This document shows positions 1-8,868 of a stretch of 64,000 nucleotides of DNA, one piece after another. The notes under the pieces were generated by a model. The model had not been told where the DNA came from and searched no databases. It was given only the letters and a program-made list of their open reading frames with translations. The DNA is from Nitrospirota bacterium (GTDB lineage: Bacteria > Nitrospirota > Thermodesulfovibrionia > Thermodesulfovibrionales > JdFR-88), in contig JACWAF010000029.1 of assembly GCA_014874185.1 (NCBI GenBank), forward strand, positions 1 through 64,000. Direction: 5' to 3'. Within the stretch, counting starts at the first letter, position 1, and the number at the start of each line of letters is the position of its first letter. A program made the position numbers and the translations under genes.

Positions 1-95
1 AGACGGTGGTCCTGTTGTACATCCCGCAGGCGGGCAGGGGAGGATACCCCTCCTTGGTGTGCCCGCCTGCGGGATGTACAACAGGACCACCGTCT
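1..95. repeat. Perfect 35-bp inverted repeat (arms 1-35 and 61-95, 25-nt spacer) at the window edge, upstream of modA
   Basis: The arm at 61-95 is the exact reverse complement of 1-35, as read directly from the sequence. The repeat may extend beyond the window. Confidence 0.8.
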
Positions 96-222
96 TCGAC
101 CTCGTCCTGCCACGGGTGCTCGCCGGGGAAACTATCGGCAGAAGGGAGCTTGCGGAACTCGGGCACGGCGGGTTGTGCCTCCAGTGCGAGGCCTGCAATT
201 ACCCCGTCTGCCCGTTCGGAAA

Positions 223-1032
223 ATGAACATGATGCCCTGCGCAATGAAGAGAACCATAACCAGGGGAACATCCCTGCTTGCCGCATTCATGCTGGTCGCG
301 CTGTTTTTGAGCGCACGGGCCGACGCCCGTGGACCGGCAAACAGCATTACGGTCTCGGCGGCCATAAGCCTGAAGGACGCCTTTCTGGAGATAGGCAGGG
401 CCTTTGAGGCCGAAAACAGGGGAGTAAAGGTTTTTTTCAACTTCGGGGCCTCGGGCGACCTGGCCCAGCAGATCGAGGAAGGCGCGCCCGTGGACGTCTT
501 CGCCTCCGCCGATAAAAAAGACATGGACGAAATCGAAAAAGCGGGGTTTGTCCTGCCCGGTTCGAGAGGCGTCTTCGCGAAAAATATAGTGGTCCTTATC
601 GTGCCCTCAGGCACAAATACCGGCATCGGATCATTTAAAGGTCTTGCGGCCGGCCGGGCCGGGAAGATAGCCATCGGAGACCCAAGGACCGTGCCGGCCG
701 GAAGGTACGCTAAAGAGGTTTTCCAGTATTACGGGATATTTGACGCCCTGAGAAACAAACTCGTTTTTGCCGCAAACGTCAGGCAGGTGCTGGACTACGT
801 GGCGCGTGGAGAGGTTGACGCGGGTGTGGTCTATCTGACCGATGCCGACATAGAGGCCAAGGACGTGAAAGTCATTGCCAGGGCGCCCGAGGCCAGCCAC
901 AAGCCCATGACATATCCGATAGCCGTGGTGAAGGGGACGAAAAATGAGGCATTGGCCGGGGCATTCGTGTCGGCGGTCAGGTCAGGTGAGGGCAGGAGAA
1001 TACTTGAGAGATACGGGTTCATAACGAGATAG
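223..1032 (+). CDS. modA: Molybdate/tungstate ABC transporter, periplasmic substrate-binding protein (ModA family)
   Basis: Signal-peptide-like N-terminus (MNMMPCAMKRTITRGTSLLAAFMLVALFLSARA). Motifs typical of ModA are present (FNFGASGDLAQQIEEGAPVDVFASAD, GDPRTVPAGRYAKE). The gene sits first in a modABC arrangement. Confidence 0.85.
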   Translation: MNMMPCAMKRTITRGTSLLAAFMLVALFLSARADARGPANSITVSAAISLKDAFLEIGRAFEAENRGVKVFFNFGASGDLAQQIEEGAPVDVFASADKKDMDEIEKAGFVLPGSRGVFAKNIVVLIVPSGTNTGIGSFKGLAAGRAGKIAIGDPRTVPAGRYAKEVFQYYGIFDALRNKLVFAANVRQVLDYVARGEVDAGVVYLTDADIEAKDVKVIARAPEASHKPMTYPIAVVKGTKNEALAGAFVSAVRSGEGRRILERYGFITR

Positions 1033-1041
1033 GCGGCGCGT

Positions 1042-1707
1042 ATGGATAATTCAGCAATTTTCCCGATTGTGCTCTCGTTTCAGGTGGCCCTTGTGGTGAC
1101 TGTTTTCATCCTGCTTGCGGGTATCCCGGCCGCGTATGTCCTGGCAAGAAAAGAGTTCCGGGGCAAGGAGCTTCTAGACGTTCTTTTCACCCTGCCCCTG
1201 GTGCTTCCGCCAACGGTCACGGGCTATTACCTCATAGTCCTTTTGGGCCGGAACGGCCTCTTGGGCAGGTATATTTACGGCCTCACCGGCTGGACGATGA
1301 TGTTTACATGGTATGCCGCCGCGTTCGCCTCTTTCGTGGTGTCCGTCCCGCTCATGATACGGGCCTCCCGCGCGGCCATCGAATCGGTTGACCGGAACCT
1401 GATAAACGCCTCCTACACGCTGGGGCATGGAGAGTTCAAGACCGCTGTGAAGGTCATTCTGCCCCTGGCCAAAAAAGGGATAATCGCGGGAGCGGTGCTC
1501 TCGTTCGCGAGGGCGATAGGCGAGTTCGGCGCAACGCTGATGTTCGCCGGAGACATCCCGGGGAAGACCGAGACCATGCCGCTTGCCATCTACGGGTTTC
1601 TATCGAGCGGCGATTGGGCGAAGGCACATGGCATGGTCATCGTGCTGACCCTCTTGTCCGGGGCGATCATGTATCTGGCAAACAGATTGAGCAAACGGGC
1701 GTTCTGA
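1042..1707 (+). CDS. modB: Molybdate ABC transporter permease
   Basis: Polytopic membrane protein carrying an ABC permease EAA-like loop (SFARAIGEFGATLMFAGDIPGKT). It lies immediately downstream of modA. Confidence 0.85.
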   Translation: MDNSAIFPIVLSFQVALVVTVFILLAGIPAAYVLARKEFRGKELLDVLFTLPLVLPPTVTGYYLIVLLGRNGLLGRYIYGLTGWTMMFTWYAAAFASFVVSVPLMIRASRAAIESVDRNLINASYTLGHGEFKTAVKVILPLAKKGIIAGAVLSFARAIGEFGATLMFAGDIPGKTETMPLAIYGFLSSGDWAKAHGMVIVLTLLSGAIMYLANRLSKRAF

Positions 1708-2432
1708 TGCTGTCGGTCAGCGTCCGGAAAAGGCTTAACGGGTTCTATCTGGATGTCCGGTGGCGGATAGAAAAGGAGGTCGCCGTTCTCTTCGGGCATT
1801 CAGGCTCCGGGAAGTCCCTGACCCTTCAGTTGATCGCGGGGCTTGTAAAGCCCGATGAGGGGACGGTCCTCTGCGGCGGCAGGACTGTTTTCGACAGCTC
1901 ATCAAACATCAATATCCCGCCGCAGGGCCGCCGGTTCGGCTACGTCTTCCAGGACCTTGCCCTCTTCCCGCATATGACCGTAGCGGAGAACATAGCATAC
2001 GGCGTGAAAAAAAACGGGAATCAGCAGTTAAAAGACCAGGTAAGGCAAATGGTTGATGTTTTTCATCTTGAGGGGCTGGAGGCCAGGTACCCCTCCGGGA
2101 TATCCGGTGGGCAGAGGCAAAGGGTGGCTTTTGCGCGCGCCCTGATCGGCAGGCCGGACGCGCTTTTATTGGACGAGCCGTTCTCCGCCCTGGATGCCCC
2201 GCTTAGAAATGAAATGGGAAGGTTTCTAACCGTGATAAGGCGCCAATTTGATATCCCGGTCATTCTGGTTACGCATGATCCGGCTGAGGCATGCCTGCTG
2301 GCTGACAGCATGATCGTTTACTCCGCCGGAAAGGTCGTGCGGAAAGGCAGACCGGCCGAGATCGTCAAGCATCCGGCACATCCGGAGATGCCCCCCCTGG
2401 GAAGTGAGATATTTATCACCCCGCAAAGCTGA
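1707..2432 (+). CDS. modC: Molybdate ABC transporter ATP-binding protein, short form without an obvious C-terminal TOBE domain
   Basis: Walker A (GHSGSGKSLT), ABC signature (LSGGQRQRVAFARAL) and Walker B (LLLDEPFSALD) are all present. The start overlaps the modB stop. Confidence 0.85.
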   Translation: MLSVSVRKRLNGFYLDVRWRIEKEVAVLFGHSGSGKSLTLQLIAGLVKPDEGTVLCGGRTVFDSSSNINIPPQGRRFGYVFQDLALFPHMTVAENIAYGVKKNGNQQLKDQVRQMVDVFHLEGLEARYPSGISGGQRQRVAFARALIGRPDALLLDEPFSALDAPLRNEMGRFLTVIRRQFDIPVILVTHDPAEACLLADSMIVYSAGKVVRKGRPAEIVKHPAHPEMPPLGSEIFITPQS

Positions 2433-2455
2433 AAACCCTAAAGCTGCGAAGCCGA

Positions 2456-5209
2456 TTAATTCTGCAGCTTCTCTATCCTCACGGCGCAGGCCTTGTATTC
2501 GGGCGTCCCGGTGATCGGGTCCCTGTGCTCCGATGTGAGGACATTCGTGAGGGCGTCCTGGTGATGAAAGGCAAGAAAGACGTTCCCCTCCTGAGAGCGG
2601 GTGGTTACCTTTGTCTTCACCTCGATCTCCCCCCTGCGGGAGAGTACCTTTACCCTCTCCCCGTCCTTTATTTTCAGCCTTTCGGCGTCCGCTGGGCTTA
2701 ATTCCAGAAGCTCTTCCGGGAACAGCTCCATGATCCCCCTGACGCGCCTCGTCATGGAGCCGTTATTGTAATGCTCCCGCCTGCGCCCGGTGATGAGCAC
2801 CAGCGGGAAACTGCTGTCAGCCGCCTCCGCCGGGCCTTTGTGCTCCAGGGCGATAAAGCGCGCGCGGCCCCCCGGCCTCGAGAACATCTCCTGGTACAAT
2901 GTGGCCGTGCCCGGATGGTCTTTGGTGGGGCAGGGCCACTGGATCCCCCCGTCCTCAAGCCGCCTGTAGCTTATGCCCCTGTAAATCGTGGCGAGGCTTG
3001 CTATCTCGTCCATTATTTCAGAGGGGTGGTCATATTTCATCTTATGGCCCATGCGCGAAGACAACTCGCAAAGCACCTGCCATTCGGCCATGCCTGAAAG
3101 CGGCTCTATGGCCTTCCGTATCCTCTGCACACGCCTCTCCCCGTTTGTGAAGGTGCCGTCCTTTTCCGCAAAGCTTGCCCCTGGCAGTATCACGTGGGCG
3201 AAACGGGTGGTCTCAGTGGGGAAGATGTCCTGCACGACCAGAAACTCCAGTGAGCCTAGCGCCTCTCTTACATGGCGAAGGTCGGGGTCCGTCTGCGCGG
3301 GGTCCTCACCCAGGATGAAAAGCCCCTTGAAAGCGCCGTCCTTCGCCTCATCCAGCATCTCGACTGATTTGAGCCCCGGTTTGGCCGGAAGCTTCACGCC
3401 CCATGACTTTTCAAATTTCTCCCGCACGTTTGGGTCGGTTACGGACTGGTAGCCGGTGAATGTGGCGGGCAGCGGCCCCATGTCAGATGCCCCCTGGACG
3501 TTATTTTGCCCCCTCAGGGCCATTATGCCGGTCGCGGGCCTTCCTATCTGGCCGCAGACCAGGGCAAGGTTCGCGATGGCCATGGCGTTTTCGGTGCCGG
3601 TCTGGTGCTCGGTAACCCCGAGGCCGTAGAGTATCATGGCGTTTTGGGCGCCCGCGTAAATGCGCGCGGCCTTGATGAGCTTCTTCGGGGAGACGCCGGT
3701 TATCTTCTCCACCCGGTCAGGCGAATACGCCTCCACCGCCGCCCTCAGTTCTTCGAAACCCTCCGTCCTTTTCCTGATGAAATCCCTGTTGTCCAGGTCC
3801 TCTTTAAGGATGATGTGTATAAGGCCGTTCAGGAGTGCTATATTGGAGCCTGGCCGCAGGTTGAGCCATACCTCCGCATGCCTCACAAGCTCTATCTCGC
3901 GGGGGTCGGCAACGATTATCCGCGCCCCGTTTCTAATGGCCCTGTTCACATGGATGGAGACCACCGGATGCCCTTCGGTGGTGTTCGAGCCGAAGATGAA
4001 CAGCGTATCCGCATCCCCTATCTGGTTGAATGAATTGCTTGCGGCCCCCGCCCCCAGAGAAGTGGCCAGACCGGCCACGGTGGGGGCGTGTCAAACCCTG
4101 GCGCAGTTGTCTACGTTGTTGCTGCCCAGGGCGGCCCTCACCCATTTCGAGATAAGATAATTCTCCTCGTTGGTGCAGCGCGATGATGAAAAGGCGCCGA
4201 CCGCCTCAGGGCCGTATTTTTCCTTTAATTCATTAAAGCGGCTTGCCACGAGGTCCAGCGCCTCATCCCAGGAGGCCTCGCGGAAGCCCTCCCCCTCGCG
4301 GATGAGCGGGGTGGTGAGCCTGTCCGGATGGTGTATGAACTCGTAGCCGAACCGCCCCTTGATGCAGAGGCTGCCCCTGTTCACCGGGGCCTCGTAATCG
4401 GAGGTGACCTTTACCACCCTGCCCCCTTTTACATTTAAATAGAAATTGCAGCCCGTGCCGCAATAGGAGCATGTGGTCCTTATCCTGCGCAGTGAGTGAT
4501 TTCTGCCCTTTCCGATTGACTGCTTCTCGATAAGGGCCCCTGTCGGGCAGGCCGAGACGCACTGCCCGCAAAAAAGGCAGGTTTCGGGCGTAAGCGGCCT
4601 TCCGAAGGCGGTATCGGGCCTGGAGTTGAAACCCCTGCCCGTCATGGCGATTGCGCCTTTCAGCATAAGGTTCTTGCAGATATTGACGCATCTGCCGCAC
4701 AGGATGCACTTGTTCGGGTCGAAGGATATGAAGGGGTTGTCGTCCTTTACCGGAAGGTTCCACCGCTCGCCGTCGTATTTGCCGGGGGTGACTTCATACT
4801 GATATGCCAGCTCCTGAAGAGAGCAGTCCCCGGCCTTCTCGCAGCACATGCAGTCGTCGGGGTGATTGGAGAGGATCAGGGAGAGCATGGTCTTTCTCAG
4901 TTCCGTAAGGTTCGGGCTCTCGGTCGTGATCTCCATCCCGTTCTGGATGGGCGTGGTGCAGGAAGAAAGGGGCCGGTTGATGCCCTTCACCTCAACAAGG
5001 CAAAGCCTGCAACCGCCATAAGCTTCCAGGCGCTCATCGAAGCACAGGGTGGGGATGTAAATCCCCGCTTCCCTGCACGCCTCAAGGACCGTCCTGCCTT
5101 CTTCGCTGATTATTTCCCTGCCGTTTATGACCGCCTTTACCGGTTTTTTCACAATCTGCTCTCCTTCCGCTTGGACCTGACAGGGAAAGGGCCGAATTGC
5201 CCCGGTCAA
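2456..5209 (-). CDS. fdhA: Selenocysteine-containing formate dehydrogenase alpha subunit (FdhA/FdsA-like, with N-terminal 2Fe-2S and 4Fe-4S domains). The ORF track splits it at an in-frame TGA at 4091-4093.
   Basis: The upstream ORF ends in SNNVDNCARV followed by TGA. The downstream ORF continues HAPTVAGL.... This matches the E. coli FdhF selenocysteine motif NNVDCCARV-U-HGPSVAGL. The C-terminal molybdopterin oxidoreductase domains are conserved. The N-terminal start is uncertain. Confidence 0.85.
4062..4078 (-). promoter_or_regulatory. Putative bacterial SECIS hairpin (GUGGCC-GGUCU-GGCCAC) starting 12 nt 3' of the recoded UGA in fdhA
   Basis: Read from the minus-strand mRNA: UGA CAC GCC CCC ACC GUGGCCGGUCUGGCCAC. 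The apical loop GGUCU resembles the E. coli fdhF SECIS loop. Confidence 0.55.
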
Positions 5210-5459
5210 TCCCGCGAAAAATAATATAGCATAGAAAAAACCTGGCCTTCAAATTGGTTATGGCTAAACAGTCTTCCTGATTCGATGAGGAAGTTCAACA
5301 TAACTTATATGTTTTGCAACCTGAGGCTTCAATATATTCCAAGGCGGCAAATGCGCCCCTTTTTTGGCTGGCTTGGCTGGCATTGAAAAGTTCAGTTATT
5401 GCCTAAAGATATACACGATATAGACAGATTATATAAATAAAAGTCCGTGCAACCTACAA

Positions 5460-5475
5460 TGGAATTCTGCTTGCG
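5460..5475 (+). promoter_or_regulatory. Candidate sigma-54 (-24/-12) promoter TGGAATTCTGCTTGCG, about 105 nt upstream of gvpA
   Basis: The GG-N10-GC spacing matches the TGGCAC-N5-TTGC consensus. It lies in an AT-rich 370-bp divergent intergenic region. A sigma-54 activator gene is present at 22233. Confidence 0.45.
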
Positions 5476-5581
5476 TAAAAAATTTCCTCTGATAAAATTT
5501 CAATCATGAGTGGAAGAGTTTCACCGCTCAAGCGGGACTTGAGCCCGTTCCCAATCACGCAAAGGAAGGGAGGTGAACGAA

Positions 5582-5794
5582 ATGGCGGTTGAAAAGGCGA
5601 TAGGGTCCAACAGTCTCGTCGAGGTAATCGACCGGATACTCGACAAGGGCGTCGTGATAGACGCCTGGGTGAGGGTCTCTCTCGTCGGAATCGAACTGCT
5701 CGCCATTGAAGCGCGAGCCGTTGTTGCTTCCGTCGAGACCTATCTGAAATATGCCGAAGCCATCGGCCTTACGGCGACGGCTGCAGCGGCATAG
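5582..5794 (+). CDS. gvpA: Gas vesicle structural protein GvpA
   Basis: [63 protein letters not shown] is the canonical GvpA sequence. A GGAGG-like RBS lies upstream of the ATG at 5582. The ORF track started this gene at the GTG at 5573. Confidence 0.95.
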   Translation: MAVEKAIGSNSLVEVIDRILDKGVVIDAWVRVSLVGIELLAIEARAVVASVETYLKYAEAIGLTATAAAA

Positions 5795-5926
5795 CTTTGA
5801 ACACGGGATGAGCTGATAAACTCTTGCCAGGTTGCCCTCGAGGGGTCCCCGAAAAGCCGGCAGGCTTTTTGGGGCAGGCCTGAGCGTGACCAGCCAAGAT
5901 TTCATTAAACCGGAGCGGAAACAGAG

Positions 5927-6553
5927 ATGGATATCCAGTTGCACGAACTTAGACAACTCGCATTGTTGACGGTATCGTCTCATGAATCCAGGATACTTGC
6001 GGCAAGCAGGATCCTTGACATGATCCACGACGGCCTTGAGAACGTGAGAAGTTTAAGGGACGAGATGAACAACGAAATTAAGGAGGCGCTGGCCGCCACG
6101 GAATCCCTGAGGCGCAAGGACTTCAACTCCATGATAAGAGAGGTGTTTGCCGGACAGGATGAAAGAGAACGGCAGATAAGGATTCTTTTCAAGACCTACA
6201 TGGAAAAGCAAAAAGAGGCGGTCGCGTTGGTGAAAAGGATGTTTTCCGAAAGGGATTCGATAGTGCCTGACGAATTCAAAAAAACCATCCTTCACATCCA
6301 GCTGGCCCATAAGGAAATAGAGGAGGAAATATGCAAACTGCTGAAGGACTTCCAGGGCGAGCAAACGGACATTGTGAAGTCGATTCGCGGTTTGTTCAAT
6401 AAACCTGAGGGCAGGCTGCCGGATTTCAAAGAGATGCTGAAAAGCATACAGGCGAAGCAGAAAGACGGCATCCAAAGGGCAAAAAAAATAACTGAAAAAG
6501 CCAAAAAGGAAAGGTTCGAATCAGACATCCCGTTGGCAGAGGCGTGCTTGTAG
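5927..6553 (+). CDS. Hydrophilic coiled-coil protein, paralogous to the next ORF, in the position of gvpC. Candidate gas-vesicle accessory or scaffold protein.
   Basis: No family recognised. It shares aligned motifs with the 6620 ORF (KDFNSMIREVFAG.. against EDFKSLQKEIAAG..). It lies between gvpA and gvpN. Confidence 0.5.
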   Translation: MDIQLHELRQLALLTVSSHESRILAASRILDMIHDGLENVRSLRDEMNNEIKEALAATESLRRKDFNSMIREVFAGQDERERQIRILFKTYMEKQKEAVALVKRMFSERDSIVPDEFKKTILHIQLAHKEIEEEICKLLKDFQGEQTDIVKSIRGLFNKPEGRLPDFKEMLKSIQAKQKDGIQRAKKITEKAKKERFESDIPLAEACL

Positions 6554-6619
6554 AGAGATGCCGGAGCGGGCTTGCATCGCCCCGGCTTTCCTTAATTAAA
6601 AGGGAAGGAGGCAAATTCC

Positions 6620-7042
6620 ATGCCGATAACAGCCGACATGAAAAGGCTGGCTGAGGACATCGAGGGATCTTTTGATGCCAGGGTGAGCGATATAGCCGGC
6701 TTGAAAGAAAACATCCACAGGATGCTCCCTGAACTCGAAAGGAGCAGGATGGAGGATTTCAAATCCTTGCAAAAGGAGATAGCTGCAGGTGTCAAGGAGA
6801 TGCAATCGGAAGTGGGCTCGATGATCGATTCATTCCACAAATGGAATGTCGATACCGCAAAGTCCCTCAGCAACATGCTGAAGGAGGACAGGGTCGCCAG
6901 GGAAAAAGAAGTGGCCGGTTTTCTCGGCGAGATAGGGGCGGACCTGAGGGATGCATCCGACACCTGGAACCGGCTGACCCTGGACATGTCCCGCAAGAGA
7001 AGCGGGAAGACAGCGCCGGCAAAACAGAAGACAAGCAAGTAG
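6620..7042 (+). CDS. Hydrophilic alpha-helical protein, paralogous to the preceding ORF. Candidate gas-vesicle accessory protein.
   Basis: A strong RBS (GGAAGGAGG) precedes it. It shares motifs with the 5927 ORF and has the composition of a GvpC-like surface protein, but lacks canonical GvpC repeats. Confidence 0.5.
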   Translation: MPITADMKRLAEDIEGSFDARVSDIAGLKENIHRMLPELERSRMEDFKSLQKEIAAGVKEMQSEVGSMIDSFHKWNVDTAKSLSNMLKEDRVAREKEVAGFLGEIGADLRDASDTWNRLTLDMSRKRSGKTAPAKQKTSK

Positions 7043-7059
7043 GGAGGCAGAGCAGATAG

Positions 7060-7977
7060 ATGGACTTCGAAGAGCTAACCACGGTTCTGGAGCCTGCGCC
7101 GTTTAAGGATTTCGTGGAAACACAGTACATCAGGGGCGTCACGGACAGGGCGCTCACCTATATCGAGGCAGGTTTCCCGATCCACTTCAGGGGTGTTTCG
7201 GGGACGGGCAAGACGACGCTGGCGCTGCATGTTGCCGGCAAGATAGGGAGGCCCGTGGTGATGCTCCACGGTAACGAGGAATCAACGGGCTCAGACCTTG
7301 TGGGCGGAGCGTATGGCTACCGGTTTAAAAAGGTGGTCGACCGCTTTGTCGCCAAGGTGTTCAAGATGGAGGAGGATATGGTCAGGCGATGGGTCGACAG
7401 CCGCCTGACCATTGCCTGCAAACACGGGTTCACGCTCCTGTATGACGAATTCACGCGTTCGAGGCCCGAGGCCAATAACGTCCTGCTGTCGGTCCTCGGG
7501 GAAAAGGTCCTCGACTTCCCGGGCGGACAGGGATCTTCGGAACAGTACCTCAAGGTCAACCCCGATTTCACCGCCATATTCACGAGCAACCCCGAAGAAT
7601 ACGCGGGTGTGTACAGGTCCCAGGACGCGCTCAGGGACAGGATGATAACGATGGACCTCGATCACTTCGACCTTGAGACGGAGGTGGCCATAACCCAGGC
7701 AAAAGCGGGCCTGCCAAAGGACGAGTGCGAGAGGATAGCAAGCGTGGTCAGGGGCTTGCGGGAATCTGGCCAGTGCGAATTTGCCCCCACCGTGCGGGCA
7801 TCCGTAATGATAGCGAAGACGCTGAGAGTGCAGAACCGCTCACCCAAAAAATCGGATGCCCTTTTCGTGCAGATATGCAGGGACATACTGGCCTCGGAGA
7901 CCAGCAGGGTCGGCTCGAAGACAAACCAGGAGAGAGTGAAAAAAACGGTGGCCGGCCTGATCGATACCTATTGCTGA
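7060..7977 (+). CDS. gvpN: Gas vesicle protein GvpN (AAA+ ATPase of the CbbQ/NirQ/MoxR family)
   Basis: Walker A (GVSGTGKTTLA) and Walker B (LLYDEFTRSRPEANN) are present. The length and context are typical of GvpN. Confidence 0.9.
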   Translation: MDFEELTTVLEPAPFKDFVETQYIRGVTDRALTYIEAGFPIHFRGVSGTGKTTLALHVAGKIGRPVVMLHGNEESTGSDLVGGAYGYRFKKVVDRFVAKVFKMEEDMVRRWVDSRLTIACKHGFTLLYDEFTRSRPEANNVLLSVLGEKVLDFPGGQGSSEQYLKVNPDFTAIFTSNPEEYAGVYRSQDALRDRMITMDLDHFDLETEVAITQAKAGLPKDECERIASVVRGLRESGQCEFAPTVRASVMIAKTLRVQNRSPKKSDALFVQICRDILASETSRVGSKTNQERVKKTVAGLIDTYC

Positions 7978-7993
7978 TCGGCCTGGAGGGAAA

Positions 7994-8317
7994 ATGATAA
8001 AGAGCGCACGCGCATTGTCCGGAGGAATAAAGGGCCCGCGGGATATAAAGGGGATTTCAAGGGAGGCGAGGCGGCCGAAAACCCAGACCGCTGTCCCTTA
8101 CGGCACGGAATTCTTCATCCTGGGGAAGTGGAAGGAAAGACTTGAGCTGGAGAATGCCTTTCTGGAGAGGCGCATGGCGGCAAACTGCAAAAAGCTCGAC
8201 GCGATAAAGGAGAAGATCGCAAGGTTTGGGGGAGCGATGCGGGCAGTGGAGGGTCCAAAAGATGAGACAGCGGAGACGAGCGGGATGAAATACAAAAAAA
8301 TGACCCTGGGATACTGA
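7994..8317 (+). CDS. Small hypothetical protein within the gvp operon
   Basis: ORF only. It is tightly spaced between gvpN and the Hsp20 gene. No family recognised. Confidence 0.4.
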   Translation: MIKSARALSGGIKGPRDIKGISREARRPKTQTAVPYGTEFFILGKWKERLELENAFLERRMAANCKKLDAIKEKIARFGGAMRAVEGPKDETAETSGMKYKKMTLGY

Positions 8318-8340
8318 TTCCGAACGGGAAGGAGACCTCG

Positions 8341-8868
8341 ATGGCAAGAAAAGAGAAAAGCAAAGAAGGCATAGATATAGACCTGGGGGTTGTCAAGCTG
8401 AGCGCGGGAGGACTGTTCAAGGGGCTTGAAAAGCTCGTGGACCTCGCGGCCAAGCTCCAGGAAGCGGGCGGACAGATAAGCAAAGAGCAGGAGATAGACC
8501 TCAGCCAACTCAAGAAGGGGATGAAGGCGGTATACGGGGTTTCAATCAGGACAGCCGTGGGCGGCGAGCCGGTGGTGGAGACCTTCGGCAATATCAAAAA
8601 GACGGAGAAAGGGCCGCTTGCGGAGGAGGAAAGGGAGCCCCTGACGGATGTTTTTGACGAAAAGGAGGAAATCCTGGTTCTGGCCGAAATCCCCGGCGTG
8701 AATGAAGAGGGGATAAAGGTCGGGATCGAAGGCGGTCAGATAGTCATATCGGCGGCGGGGACAAACCGGAAATACAGGAAAGAGATAGAAATCCCTTCAG
8801 GCGCAAAGCCGGAAACGATGACCACCAGCTATAGGAACGGAATCCTGGAGATCAGGATTAAAAAGTGA
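8341..8868 (+). CDS. Hsp20/alpha-crystallin domain protein (GvpH-like small heat-shock protein)
   Basis: The C-terminal half is ACD-like (EILVLAEIPGVNEEGIKVGIEGGQIVISAAG...ETMTTSYRNGILEIRI). The N-terminus is charged and lysine-rich. Confidence 0.7.
   Translation: MARKEKSKEGIDIDLGVVKLSAGGLFKGLEKLVDLAAKLQEAGGQISKEQEIDLSQLKKGMKAVYGVSIRTAVGGEPVVETFGNIKKTEKGPLAEEEREPLTDVFDEKEEILVLAEIPGVNEEGIKVGIEGGQIVISAAGTNRKYRKEIEIPSGAKPETMTTSYRNGILEIRIKK

Noticed and set aside
1-175. Moco riboswitch upstream of modABC
   Set aside because: Considered because Moco riboswitches often precede mod operons. A perfect 35-bp DNA palindrome does not resemble the multi-stem Moco RNA architecture. Cannot be verified without a covariance-model search.
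6-407. 133-aa plus-strand ORF at the window start, and the 132-674 minus ORF
   Set aside because: They overlap the inverted repeat and the modA signal-peptide region. Pro/Gly/Arg-rich GC-artefact translations.
4091-4093. TGA as a genuine stop giving two separate FdhA fragment genes
   Set aside because: The flanking residues reproduce the conserved Sec motif of FdhF/FdhA, and a SECIS-like hairpin follows. A split at exactly this codon is the classic signature of Sec recoding.
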